A DNA stretch of 63,557 nucleotides, counting the filler, from Dicyema japonicum (Eukaryota; Animalia; Dicyemida): NCBI GenBank assembly GCA_011109175.1. It is 5 parts of 5 records of this genome, joined end to end, with 100 filler letters (N's around TTAATTAATTAA, not from the genome) between each part and the next. Parts side by side here need not be neighbours in the genome. Positions count along the whole stretch, not along the records: positions 1 to 20,072 come from RDEW01000014.1; 4 more parts are not named here. The stretch is one strand, 5' to 3'. Position numbers and translations under genes: made by a program. The stretch's first letter is position 1, and each line of letters starts with the position of its first letter. Below the pieces are notes generated by a model. That model searched no databases and was not told the DNA's origin. It saw only the letters and a program-made list of their open reading frames with translations. This document shows positions 1 to 12,790 of the stretch, one piece after another.

Positions 1-859
1 ATTCCAGCAGAAACAATGATCAAGGTTTCCCGATAGCGATTAGGAAAATATATGTCCTATCGTGGACAGAAGAATAAATTAATTCAGATCACTCTCAAAA
101 TCCTTCACATCCTTTTAAAAATAAGACACCATCCAAACGAGAAATTTATTTGAGCTAATCATGGACTACTTTATTGATTGCCAGTGAGACTTTCAAAATA
201 ATTAACTCTCTTGAACATCTTGGACTAGGAGTTAGATTATTTGGAATTTTGCCAAAGATACAAGGAGAAGCCTTTCCCCTTAATCCAGTATTCCCAAACT
301 AACCGTAGTAGAAATCTTGGCATGGGCACTGGGATCACTTTATTTATTTGATTATTTTCTTGTGGTAAAAAATAGAACTCTTAAATATACGAAATGTCAT
401 AAAATAGGCCACTTGAAGAACAGGTTGTTTCCTCAATAGCTATCGAGAAACGCTCTCCATTCAATAAATCAAAAAACCTAATGCTTCCGAAATTGTAATC
501 GAANAAGAACAGGTTGTTTCCTCAATAGCTATCGAGAAACGCTCTCCATTCAATAAATCAAAAAACCTAATGCTTCCGAAATTGTAATCGAATTCGGGAG
601 AAACAATTTAATCGCTGAGGTGCTGGAGAGCTATCCAGGAGTGCTATACTGAATCTACAAATTGTTAAAAATAGAAGGCAATTGAGTACAAGTGTCTAAG
701 ATCACAATTGGTTTTACTTTTCCTTAACTTGATTACCATTGTTTACTTAATATAACTTCTTCTAATTGCCCTGTGTTTAAGTGGATTCTTGTTTATTGTT
801 GAGTTCTCTATGAGGGAAACAAATATATTTTTTAATATTATTCGACAATTAATGAAGTA

Positions 860-1063
860 CTAAACGTTACTATTTGAACGATTAAACTTTGATATAAAAT
901 TAAATTTAAGCATCGCCAAGTTTTCTATGTATAATAAATATATACTCTTTTCGTCCTCTATTTTATTGCTTAAAATAGTTGTGTTTTCTAATATAACGTT
1001 CAATTTTTCAAGACATTCTCTAAAATCAGCATTTAAAGTCAACACATCCACCATATTAAACAT
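860..1063 (-). CDS. Hypothetical short protein, possibly part of a micro-intron gene
   Basis: ATG-started 67-aa helical-looking ORF downstream of an AT-rich stretch, with a candidate in-frame 21-nt GT..AG intron (gtatatatttattatacatag). No recognisable domain. Confidence 0.25.
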   Translation of the reverse strand: MFNMVDVLTLNADFRECLEKLNVILENTTILSNKIEDEKSIYLLYIENLAMLKFNFISKFNRSNSNV

Positions 1064-1189
1064 TAATATATTTTTTAAATTAAAATTAAATTCATTGTAA
1101 TGATATTTAAATTAACTATGATTAGGCTAATGCTGCACGGGTGAGATTATAATAATAATACGCATGTTGCTTACAATCATAGACTAAAC

Positions 1190-2400
1190 TAATATATCCT
1201 TCCTCCTTTCTGGGGATCTTTACCAGCCATCCAAATGACTTCTACGTCCTTCTCAGACTGTGGGTCCACCGCTTCGCATATGTAATAATTTCCCCGTTCT
1301 TCCAGTATCTCAACACGTAAAAGATTTCGCTAGTTGGTGTCTTGACTTTGACTCCATTTTTGTGCACAACAATAACATTTTCTAATGTTTTTCATAAAAC
1401 CACCGATTGAATGTACGCTCTTATTAGCACAGCATTCGACAAAGCTTTCAAATGATTTCTATAGTACGTGGAGTAATCCCGTCTTATATCAAAACCACAG
1501 GAATAATTCTCACAGTATAACATGCTCAATTCTCCAGCGAGCAAGTCATACTTGTGTCGCTTTTCCACCTCTGTATGCTTGGGTTCTTCTTGTGAGGTGA
1601 TTCCAACTTGCATAATCACAATATTATTCTTCATTTTGTCATACAAGAAAATGTCTGGCTCATTGTGTTGCACTTCAGTGTCAGTCATGATCTACCCTCT
1701 GTGTAGTAACAATTGATCGAGCTGAGTGTGTTTTTAGATGTTTAAATTTCTTAATGCCATACATTCCACATAAATCCAGATTAATGCATCTAACAACTTC
1801 GTTATGCCTCCTCACATAGTCACTATTCTGCTACTACGTATAGCCAAATGATCCATTGATTTCTCAGCCTTCTTGCAATGGCTACGAACTGAATCATTCG
1901 TATCAAAAAATAAGTTCCTGTCCTGAAGCAAACAATACATGCCCTCTGATCTCGGGATATCATTTCCACTAGTTAACCACTCCGAAGATCCGGCCAGATC
2001 AACGTTTCCACCTTCTCAACTAAAGTGAAGTGGCTTCCTCCCAATAGAATCAATCTCTGATAGTCTTTATATTAACTTGAGTTAGATCCATCTTTTATTT
2101 GAAAGATATGTGTTCTCTTTGTTTAAAGACCCGCAAGATTCCATCCTTTCTTAGCAAAATATCCGATTATATTTCCATTACAGACAAAAACTGGTAGAAC
2201 ATACACTCACTCTTATGGACAATCTAAGTAACCCCCTCCTCAATTTAGTCCGACTAACATATAATCTTTCCTTGTTTGCGGCTTCAGGTGAATTTTATAC
2301 TCTGACAAGACACATCGAATATCCAACTGCCCTTGTTTTTTCGGTCGTTATTATGGCATGCATCCAAACAGACACACTTGACCCAGCTATCAGGGTGTCG
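1190..2400 (-). mobile_element. Decayed 3' half of an R4/Dong-like RLE non-LTR retrotransposon
   Basis: ORF 1392-1688 has EPDIFLYDK..QVGITSQ..KYDLLAGEL (PD-(D/E)xK endonuclease). Homologous to 36400-37300. Confidence 0.85.
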
Positions 2401-4330
2401 TGCATTCGTATTTAGGATACACTCACCTAGTTGGACTACTCCACACACTCCATGACCGAATTTATCACGTAATAAACATATCCTCTCCTGATTGGATGGG
2501 CATGGTTCTCTCTGAGTACTCCACGGATCATAACATCTATNCGTGCATTCCATGACCGAATTTATCACGTAATAAACATATCCTCTCCTGATTGGATGGG
2601 CATGGTTCTCTCTGAGTACTCCACAGATCATAACATCTATCCAATCATACTCTTTGTGCTCAAACTCCACAACACCTATGTAGTACTTTAGCAGAGAGAC
2701 AGCATACTCATTTAATGCTAGGAACAAATTCCTTGCATTTAGAGACGTCCTACACAATAACGTTGCTTTTACGAATGCCTTCAGTAATTTGTCGCTTTGT
2801 CTCAGGCATTAAAAGAGATTTTGGAGTTTCGGTAACACCCGGATACTTATATCCTTTGTGTTTTTCTAGGACTCTAACTAACTCGCTACATACTTGCGTG
2901 TTAGTCGCATACATGGAATAATTCAAATCTAGTCTTTGTCGCTTTGTCTCAGGCATTAAAAGGGACTTTGGAGTTTCGGTAACACCCGGATACTTATATC
3001 CTTTGTGTTTTTCTAGGACTCTAACTAACTCGCTACATACTTGCGTGTTAGTCGCATACATGGAATAATTCAAATCTAGTCCTATACTTTCAAAGAATTC
3101 CCTGGCAATAACCCCCATAGAGTAGAGCTCCTCGGCTGTTAGAGCATACATCTTAAGGTTATTGATAAAAAGAAGTTAATTTGTACTGAAACAGACACCC
3201 TCACAATGGACTGGTATTTGCTCAAACTGGTCATTGAGGCGGCGACTGAATGGCTCCTGATCTCATTAGCCACCAATTTGGTCATCAGTTATACATAATT
3301 GGCATGAAGGTTATCGGTCGATAATCAGCAACAGAGTGAGGGTCGACCAGCTTTGGGGTCAAATAAGTTGTCCTGGTTCAGGCCCAATCAGGAATCGTTT
3401 CCGGGTTAGTTAAGCTGTTCTGTAATACACGACACAGACTGTGCAATGAAGTACANATTCCGCCAAGAAAGGAGCGGCGCTGTACGGGACATTCCACGCA
3501 TTTCCTCTGCGTGGTTTAGCCTCCCACATACTACCACATGTGGAAAGGATTTCCGCGTCCTACTGGGAACATGCATCATGGCCATTTTTGTGTAGGCGAC
3601 GGTAAAACAATCTGCGATTAAACTCAGATTATTTTCTCTTTTTCTCTTACACCGACTTTCATGTGTATAGAGTTTCCTTTTATAAACCATTATTGTCCCC
3701 GCTAACTAAACCTTTGTCCTCCTCAACTCTTTGAGGTTTTATTTGGGAACATTGAGTTTACTAAGTAATCGTCTTACTACAGGAAGTGCTTTTCCTTTAA
3801 CCCCTATCCCCACACTACTTACTACAGGAGGTGCCCCTCCAATGCTTCCAGCTTTGTCTGTTTTCAAGCAATCTTGGCACATATCTGTTTCCTCCGTTTA
3901 CTAGGTGGTCTGGGCTTATGCGTCAACTCCTCATAGGTGATCTTTGCTGCATGCATCACTAGGGCCCAGTGTCCCTACTGGCTTAGCCTCCATCGAATAA
4001 GCCACAGCCTTATTCATGCAGGTTAACACAACTCTAATTTTTGCGGTATTCATTCTGAGAACTATCTCGTCAGCTCAGCAGGTGCCACCACGAGGAGTCG
4101 AAATAGGGCCAATTTGTCTTCTGACATAAAATCGACGTCGTCCGCTTAAGAATTGTTGGTTAATTAAAGCACATCGCGTTACCAGTAAACACTGTTTATG
4201 ATTTCGCCTGTTCCATGTTTTTCGATAATCCTTCAGTTAACCTTCTCGTTGTCGTGCTCGATTCCTGATTTCGTCCAGACCGTCTGCATCCATCGGTGGG
4301 CCCCCGATCATTGCATAATCCTCCGAAAGT
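2400..4330 (-). mobile_element. Decayed R4-like retrotransposon (family B), RT and N-terminal region
   Basis: LNARNLFLALNEYAVSLLKYY and GYKYPGVTE match ORF 32008-32898; 3850-4330 is homologous to 37740-38270. Confidence 0.8.
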
Positions 4331-4699
4331 GTCCTTGNGATATGCTTGCAAACTAATTCACAATTCGTAGGTAAACATAGTAAAATTACTACTGACGTTA
4401 CATTGTGAACAAGTTATATAAACATACTCAGACAATTGTGATCAGAATGACTAACATAAATATGGGTTAAACCAGGCATCATCTCGGAAGACTCCCACGA
4501 TAATAAACAAGCAGGGCCGAGTTTGTTAGACTACACCAGCAAATCTTTAATGAATTTTACCATTGTCCCTTTGAGAGTTCAAGGAAAAAAATGAAAAATC
4601 CTAAAAACCACGGCAAAACAAACCAACTACTCACATGATCTCAGGACGCTCCAAGAGAGACCTAACCGATTTGTTTCCAACAAGTCCACACAAGCACGT

Positions 4700-4935
4700 A
4701 TCGGAAGTAAGAACAGAAATGTTAATCCAAGGAAATTGAAAGTATCTTGACTTGTCGTTTTTTTTGTTTATGTTGATTCCTAGAAGATAATCCAGCTCTG
4801 CAGTGATGAGACACTGATGACGGCGTCATTCGTCAACCCCAAAGCATCGTTAATGTTTAGAACCTTTAACCGAATGGACAGCAGTTAGCTTCGAACCAGG
4901 GAACTAATTACGCTGAGCCATCTGATTAATGTAGT
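4700..4935 (-). mobile_element. tRNA-derived SINE-like element with structured central domain
   Basis: Minus strand has A-box-like TAATCAGATGG and B-box-like GGTTCGAAGCT, followed by a body (4795-4864) and tail homologous to 58446-58625. Confidence 0.55.
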
Positions 4936-5229
4936 GTTTGTAAACAAAATTCAGGACTGGATGGTCCTATATAATCCATGGAGAACCAGGGAACTAATTA
5001 CGCTGAGCCATCTGATTAATGTAGTGTTTGTAAACAAAATTCAGGACTGGATGGTCCTATATAATCCATGGAGGCCCTTCAGAAGGTTAGACTTTTTCCC
5101 AAACTTGACATAGTCTGCATGTATTGGTGTCTCCTAAGAGAAGACGAATTAATTGAGACAAACTCTACTTATTATTAAAAGCACTTCCGAGAACACAAAA
5201 TTAATTAAGTTTCCCTTGTGCCATATTCA

Positions 5230-6035
5230 GAATCATCCTCTTCGTCAGCCCCGAACATTATCTTCTGTTGTGCTAGTTCTCACAAGTAGTCCAGGCCGTC
5301 CGTAAGTTATTCTCATGCCAACCGCCGACATATCTTCGATCAAGATAGTCAGAAGTGTCGTTCTTGGTCTTCCAAGGGATCCGGCTCATGTGCGAAGTAT
5401 TGGCCTTTGTGACATTCGCGGAAACCTGGTAATTTAGACGTAACACGTGGCCAAAGAGGCTCCATCTTCATTTGAAAATATCATCTGACAGCACTACGGA
5501 TTTTCATTTATAAGGTTTGCATTAGAGATCTTCATAGGCCAGTTGATCTTGAATACCGATTTGAGTTGAGCTCTGTGGAAAGAGTCAAGACGGTCCACTT
5601 CCTGTTTAGGGATTCCCAAAGTCCCAGAGTTGTAGATTAGAACTCTGTATGACAATAGCTTTGTATATTATAAGGCTGGTGTGGAATCCTATTTTCTTCT
5701 TGTAGCCTCATATTGACGATATTTTTTTCAGTGCACTCATAGAAGGATTTTCCTACGAGTAACATCTTCAGAGTTTCCTAGAAGAGAGCCCACGTTCTTT
5801 TACCATCTCCATGACTCGTCCGATCTCCGATCATTACTTGTAAGCGTTGTATCTTCGTTTTGTCGGGATTTACGGATAAGAACCATTTCGAAAATATGTG
5901 TGGGAGTACGCTGAGCATGTGCTGAAGTGTTTGAGTATCCTCATAAACAAAATCCAGATCGTCCGCATAAATAATCTCGCCGTGGTTGTTTCCAACCAAG
6001 GCCCTGAACTCTCTTAGTGCAGCATAGATGGGCAA
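5230..6035 (-). mobile_element. RTE-like LINE remnant (RT C-terminus and 3' end)
   Basis: IIYADDLDF RT motif in ORF 5778-6035; downstream RWSLFGHVLR-type and GRPRTT-type motifs. Confidence 0.7.
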
Positions 6036-6169
6036 CTAGATTTCTTTACTTTTGTTGATAAATTCGGTTCATATGGAAGGGTAGCAATGGGTACAACGGA
6101 GACACAAGATATTCTTTGTAATTGCGGTAAACGAGATCATCCTTTGTCTTTCTTGGTGACATAGGAGTA

Positions 6170-7835
6170 TTATATTACCCCCAGGATCACTGGGTCAGAG
6201 AGAAAGAAATAAAAGTTCTCATCTAACTAAGTGATCCCAGACCGACAAAGGAGAGGACGAGTCCGGCAGGGTCGAGAATCCTGAACAGCTCATTGGACAT
6301 GAAAATTTCTGTATGATTGTAGATATTTCGATAGTGTATAGAATAGAGGGCAGCTCGGTAAACTAGCCTCCTTTAAGAGTTTCCGTTGTAATTCGATTAA
6401 GAGATTTTCAATGGACAGGATTTTTTGTTCTGGTCCAATTAACCTTATTGCAGTCTCCTCGATTGCAGATAGTTTCAATGAGGAGGATCGTGAAATCTGC
6501 ATTGCCCACGAAGGACTTGCATACGTCATCGTTGGTCGGATAAATTGTTCATAAATCGTGGCAAGGACACCAGTTTAGTCTCTAAGTGTTTTTGAGAGAA
6601 CTTTTAACATTCTCATTTTCTTCAGAGCACAAGTTACTTTGTTTTCAACATGTCGGATAAAGGTGAGTCTTTGATCAAAGGTGACTCCCAGAATCTTCGG
6701 TGTTTTGTTAATAGGAATAGCTTGTTCTTCATAAAGATTTTTGGTTCGACACAGAGCTGTCTTTTGTAAGTGGTAAACAGCGTGACAGAAGACTGTTGCT
6801 GATGCGTCGAGTCTCAGCTTCGAGAGCCATAGTTCCAAGTTGTCGAGCATTTGTTGAGCCAACTGAGTCGCTGATTGAATGCTTCTGTTCTTGGAAGCAA
6901 GAATGATATCGTCGACATAGGAGAGGATTAGACAGTTTTCATTACAGGTTTGTGGCATGTCGTTTATGTAGAGATTGAAGAGTTGGGGTGATAGTGGGGA
7001 GCCTTGAGGGACTCCATTTGGGAAATAGCGAGATCTTGATTTGATGTTGTTGCAGAGTACTTGTGCTTGATTTGATGTTGTTGCAGAGTACTTGTGTAGG
7101 AAGTTTCCAAGCCAAAGTTTCAGGTTCGGATGGATGTTGGTTTCGTATATTTTCTTTGTTAGGAGTTTCCTGGGGACAGAGTCGAACGCTTTTGTGATGT
7201 CCACGGATATAAGTACTGTTCTCAGATGGGGTTTGGGGGAGTTAAATCCTTCCGCAATGAATTGTGTGAGGGATGTAAGGTGTGTTGTCGTCGAATGGTT
7301 GTCCCGGAATCTGTTTTGGGTCGGAGGTATTGAGATTGAGTTTTGTATTTTTTTCCAAAACAAGCCTTTCAAGGATCCTTGAGACCTGACTCAGAATAGA
7401 TATTGGGCGATAGGAAGATGGTTCACTTATTGGTCAGGTTTTGGAATAGGTTTGATTACAGACTTCTTACATATTTCAGGGATTGTATTCGTGTTGATGG
7501 ATAGGTTGAAGATATAGGCCTAAGTGCTTCAGTTCTCATGTGGTTGTGTTGTATAATCCTCTGGCCTCTGATTTTTTGACCTTGGATATGACCATGCGAC
7601 ATTCTGGCTAGTAAAGAGAATCCAGTCATCGGAGCTTTCGGTCCAATCTTTTTCAGGAATACTTGGTGTTCTTTTAAAAAACTCCTTGTAGGAGATATAC
7701 GTATAATATTTTATCAGAGTGTCTGGTTTTATATAGACTTCGACTTTTTTCTCTGGGAATGAGCTTTTGATGTTCTTGATCCACTTCCAGGATCTCTGCA
7801 TTGGGGGGTTCTTGCAAAGAGCCTGTTCCATCTAC
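6170..7835 (-). mobile_element. I/Jockey-group LINE, 5'-truncated, with (TAA)n-type tail
   Basis: ORF 6575-7372 has SVDITKAFDSV, GVPQGSPLSPQLFNLYINDM, YVDDI and ILGVTFD. The 3' UTR recurs at ~10135, ~20451 and ~58806. Confidence 0.85.
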
Positions 7836-7934
7836 AAATGAAAGTAATTAATGTTTGATCGAAATTAAAGTAAATAAATTGACAAATTTGGTTATTATTT
7901 TTAATAAGCACACCGCAAAAAAACGTTAGTAAAG

Positions 7935-8975
7935 TTATATCGCTTGTGCCACCCTATCCTGGATGAGTTTTGTTAATCGCTTCCAGTCCCCTCTGTTACT
8001 CGATAGGTCCCTCAGGTGCTCAAGATCATCTGCCGACGTTGACCCTTTCCCAATTGAAGTTAGGTCTTGATGTAGAAGGGTTGGTAGAGTAATTCGTAGT
8101 CTTCCCCGGAAAGTCGATTCCGGATAAGGAGCATAGTGGTGTTCCATCGCGAGATTAGCGGGAGTATTCCTGTCCATTCTTAAGATGTGACAAGCCCCAT
8201 CTGTTACTTCTTATTTCTCTGTCCAATGGGTGGATATTGTAATGGGAATAGAAGTATTTGTATGAGATGTGCTTTGGCCAGGAAATTCTTAGAATGTATC
8301 TGAGCTGCATTCTATGAAAGGAGTTCAGACTTTCCATTTCAGGCATTGTGAGTGCCCAGGTAGAAGAGTTGAACAGTAAAACCGGTTTCACGAATATATT
8401 GTATAATTTAATTTTTAAAAAGGCAGAAATTTGTTTACCTCATAACCATACGTTGTTCAGTCTTTTAAGAGCGAAAGCTGCTAATGATTTCTTGAGGTAG
8501 TATGTCTTCTGTATCTCCTAAGAGAGTGCCAAGTTTCTTCGTTTGCTTCCATTTTTCCTCGTGTCGTTGTTCGCATCGCCTACCATAGTATATTCTGTTT
8601 TCTCGGTGTTAATTTGTAGGATTGATTTTTCAAATGTTTTGGCCAATTTGTCGATAATACCTTCTAATTGGTGGTCTGTTGCCGTGAAATCTATGTTATC
8701 TGTGAAGATGACTTCCGTTATATGTCTGGGGATATTATTCCTGGCATCTCGTAGGGTCGCCTCCAGATATTCGATGAATAAGACCGGGGATAGAGCGTCT
8801 CCTTGGAGGGTGCCCTTGTTTGCTCCGAATACTCTGGATTTCTGATTTCCGAGCTAGATAAATAGTTGAGTGGAGGAGAGTAGACAACGAATTATTCTGA
8901 TGCAATCTTCCTCGAGTAGTGGTGTTAATATTTATATCATCTTGAGTCTGCTGATTAAGTTAAATTCCTTAGATA
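7935..8975 (-). mobile_element. RTE-like LINE remnant
   Basis: GTLQGDALSPVLF RT motif on minus strand, then KPVLLFNSSTW, FHRMQLRYIL and RGDWKRL. Confidence 0.75.
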
Positions 8976-8980
8976 GGTCG

Positions 8981-9078
8981 ATTCCCATTACACTGAATCC
9001 CATAAATGTTGACCCAATTCCCATAAATGTTGACCCTATTCCCATAAATGTTGTCCCAATTCCCATAAATGTTGACCC
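8981..9078. repeat. 21-bp minisatellite running into an assembly gap
   Basis: About 4.5 units of ATTCCCATAAATGTTGACCC(A/T). Confidence 0.9.
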
Positions 9079-9643
9079 NNNNNNNNNNNNNNNNNNNNNN
9101 NNNNNNNNNNNNNNNNNNNNNNNNNNNNNNNNNNNNNNNNNNNNNNNNNNNNNNNNNNNNNNNNNNNNNNNNNNNNNNNNNNNNNNNNNNNNNNNNNNNN
9201 NNNNNNNNNNNNNNNNNNNNNNNNNNNNNNNNNNNNNNNNNNNNNNNNNNNNNNNNNNNNNNNNNNNNNNNNNNNNNNNNNNNNNNNNNNNNNNNNNNNN
9301 NNNNNNNNNNNNNNNNNNNNNNNNNNNNNNNNNNNNNNNNNNNNNNNNNNNNNNNNNNNNNNNNNNNNNNNNNNNNNNNNNNNNNNNNNNNNNNNNNNNN
9401 NNNNNNNNNNNNNNNNNNNNNNNNNNNNNNNNNNNNNNNNNNNNNNNNNNNNNNNNNNNNNNNNNNNNNNNNNNNNNNNNNNNNNNNNNNNNNNNNNNNN
9501 NNNNNNNNNNNNNNNNNNNNNNNNNNNNNNNNNNNNNNNNNNNNNNNNNNNNNNNNNNNNNNNNNNNNNNNNNNNNNNNNNNNNNNNNNNNNNNNNNNNN
9601 NNNNNNNNNNNNNNNNNNNNNNNNNNNNNNNNNNNNNNNNNNN

Positions 9644-10703
9644 AATCCTATTTTCTTCTTGTAGCCTCATATTGACGATATTTTTTTCAGTGCACTCATA
9701 GAAGAATTTTCCTACGAGTAACATCTTCAGAGTTTCCTAGAAGAGAGCCCACGTTCTTTTACCATCTCCATGACTCGTCCAATCTCCGATCATTACTTGT
9801 AAGCGTTGTATCTTCGTTTTGTCGGGATTTACGGATAAGAACCATTTCGAAAATATGTGTGGGAGTACGCTGAGCATGTGCTGAAGTGTTTGAGTATCCT
9901 CATAAACAAAATCCAGATCGTCCGCATAAATAATCTCGTCATGGTTGTTTCCAACCAAGGCCCTGAACTCTCTTAGTGCAGAATAGATGGGCAACTAGAT
10001 TTCTTTACTTTTGTTGATAAAGCATAAATTCGGTTCACATGGAAGGGTAGCAATGGGTACAACGGAGACACAAGCTGTTCTTTGTAATTGCGGTAAACGA
10101 GATCATCCTTTGTCTTTCTTGGTGACATAGGAGTATTATATTACCCCCAGGATCACTGGGTCAAAGAGAAAGAAATAAAAGTTCTCATCCAACTAAGTGA
10201 TCCCAGACCGACAAAGGAGAGGACGAGTCTGGCGGGGTCGAGAATCCTGAACAGCTCTTCTCATTGGACATGACATCGGCTCAAAATTTCTGTATGATTG
10301 TAGATATTTCGATAGGATGATGGTTCATTTATTGGTCAGGTTTTGGAATAGGTTTGATTAGGGACTTCTTACATATTTCAGGGATAGTATTCGTGTTGAT
10401 GGATAGGTTGAAGATATAGGCCTAGGTACTTCAGTTCTCATGTAGTTGTGTTTTATGATCCTCTGGCCTCTGATTTTTTGACCTTGGATATGACCATGCG
10501 ACATCCTGGCTAGTAAAGAGAATCCAGTCATCGGAGCTTTCGGTCCGAATCTTTTTTAGGAATACTTGGTGTTCTTTTAAAAAACTCCTTGTAGGAGATA
10601 TACGTATAATATTTTATCAGAGTGTCTGGTTTTATGTAGACTTCGACTTTTCTCTCTGGGAATGAGCTTTTGATGTTCTTGATCCACTTCCAGGCTCTCT
10701 GCA
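9644..10703. repeat. Segmental duplicate of the TE mosaic at 5686-6330 plus 7420-7800
   Basis: Near-identical sequence and junctions at offset ~3960, with the RT core deleted. Confidence 0.9.
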
Positions 10704-11440
10704 TTATTTTTCAAAGTGATCAGCTATGATGTCTGTGCGTTCCTGGTTGTTGTAAATGGTTCTTCCGAGTTCGTCATGAACTTTTAGATTTTCGGATTTT
10801 TTCTTTTGCGCTAGCTTCTTTACCGCCGTATACATTTGCGCTCCGTGCTTGTACTTTCCCACTTCTTTTGCAAGGTTTTGTAGCTCTGTTTCATGGTTTT
10901 TCTGGCATTTTTTCCTGATTTTTCGCATGATTTTGTTTCTTTGGATTTTGAACTCTTTCGCTTGGTTGTGGGTGTTCATGTATTTGATATATAGATTCTT
11001 TTGTAAATGGGAGAGGTGATCTATATGTGGGTATTCCTTTGAAGGTTTTGGGAATTGTCCCAATCGTGTGATTAGCCGCTGATTTTATTTTGTTTACGAG
11101 TTTATTCTATAAAATTCCAGCAGGTAGATTGATCGGTTCTATGGTTTGTGATATTTTAGCTGAATAGTTATTTCTGTGGACAGGATTGTTTCTTAAGAGT
11201 TCGACTGCGTATCTAACTTCTCTGTCTGTTTTTGACTCTGTTAATCCAAAATCTTCTCTTTAGGAGAAGTTTGATTACCAATAGTTTATGGTCACTCGAT
11301 GTTAGCGTTCCTCCATATGTTCGGGCATCTGAGAGTAGAGCTCTCTGTGATAGTCGACACAGAATGTAGTCAATTTGGTTATATATTTTGATTACATGTC
11401 CATTTGAGTCTCGGTTTGATTGAACTGGTGATGTGGTTCT
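10704..11440 (-). mobile_element. RTE-like LINE remnant (APE endonuclease C-terminus and linker)
   Basis: Minus-strand NQIDYIL..TSSDHKLL motifs, followed by the basic linker ORF 10704-11063. Confidence 0.7.
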
Positions 11441-11651
11441 GATTAATTATGTCTATTTCACACATGATTAATGATCTCTTCACACTGACGTCATTCAATG
11501 TCCGTGGATTGAAATAAAATCAGTCCAGATCGTGATTTCAGTAATTAATATTTGATCGAAATTAAAGAAATAAATTGACAAATTTGGTATAAACTTTTAA
11601 ATTTTAATAATTTAATTAAAAATATATTTAAATTTGTATTCTGTGTGTGAT

Positions 11652-12676
11652 ATGAACGAACAACCAGATTATGGTGGATTCAAAAACACGAAAGGAATAC
11701 TGAACATTGGAAAGTTATATCAAGCAAATATCCCTAAATTTGAAATCAATATCCCCGAAAATGGTAGAGAGGGACTTGATGACTCAATTTGGAGGCCGAC
11801 AAGTAGTGTTTCATCTAAAGAACGTATGTCATTATTATTATAACAGAAAACGAGTACATTGAGTTGGCTCTCAAAACAAGGAATCTAAATGAAGAGACCG
11901 CCTTGGAAATTCTGTATAGATTTAATTATGACATAAATTTGGCGGTCGGGGATTTGGGAAATCATAAAAATTCAAAAACAAAGTGGAGTCGGGAAGAGAT
12001 AGAATTATTCAACCAAGGACTTGACTTGGTGGGAAAGAACTTTGTAGCACTGAAAACTAGAGTTGGTGACTAAATTATTGTTTTAGTTGAAATCAAAGAC
12101 TGTGAGAGACCTCGTGGAGTTTTACTATAGTCATAAACACAAGCGACTGTATGATAATGACCAGGAGGGTGATAAAATGCATGCATTCTTTGTCATATTA
12201 AGAAGTTCAGTCGAGAAGCCTCCCAAGGCAAAGAGAGGAAGAAAGCCAAAGACTGACATCTCCAAACCCTCTATTGATTCGCAGACTATATTTGATACCC
12301 TTTCATTGAATTCTTACGTCTCTACGATTGGGCAGATTACAGAGGAATGCAAACGACTCTCAAAGGAGGTTTTATATTTTCTGATTGAAAGATCAAACTA
12401 CACAAAAGTGAATTGGACAGGATTAGTCAGACTGAGAGATTTGATGTTAAAGAATTCAGAACTAAAGTATTTTTTCATTTTTATTCCAGAGTGATCAAAG
12501 AACTGAGGATTGGTCCCCCAAGGACGTTGCTTTTGCTATGAGAGGTGAATAATCGTATTTATTAAGCCTTCTCCATTTATGGTCATGATTACGAGTCAAT
12601 TGCTGGAATTGTAGGAAACAAAACAATACAAGATGTTAGATTTTTTGTTACTAATAATTCATTTTTTAATAAATAA
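11652..12676 (+). CDS. RCOR: REST corepressor (CoREST/RCOR family; ELM2 plus two SANT domains)
   Basis: Spliced with GT-AG introns 11824-11846, 12062-12086, 12369-12391, 12467-12489 and 12545-12566 (possible GC-AG 12179-12202). ELM2 LNIGKLYQANIP; SANT1 WSREEIELFNQG..KTVRDLVEFYY; SANT2 WSPKDVAFAMRAFSIYGHDYESIAGIVGNKT. Confidence 0.85.
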
Positions 12677-12790
12677 TTTGTTTTCACCTTTTACCCTTTC
12701 TCTTTGGATTATTTTTTATTAACCTTTGAAATGTGGTTATTTCTATTAATAAGGGAAGATTTTACTAATAAAATTCAACAGATTTGAAAG

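Noticed and set aside
415-591. Direct repeats joined by a single N (also ~2400-2640)
   Set aside because: Typical of unmerged contig overlaps.
2789-3080. 147-bp in-frame duplication in an RT remnant; also a 90-bp duplication at ~4894-5073
   Set aside because: Lies in dead TE sequence and may be a haplotype mis-merge; no functional support.
4814-4845. Hammerhead-like CTGATGA with adjacent stem (also minus strand near 58498 and at 25636)
   Set aside because: No GAAA after stem II (CAAC/CAAA instead); the segment is better explained as the antisense of the SINE domain.
8981-9078. CRISPR-like array
   Set aside because: Units are contiguous with no unique spacers, no cas genes, and the context is eukaryotic.
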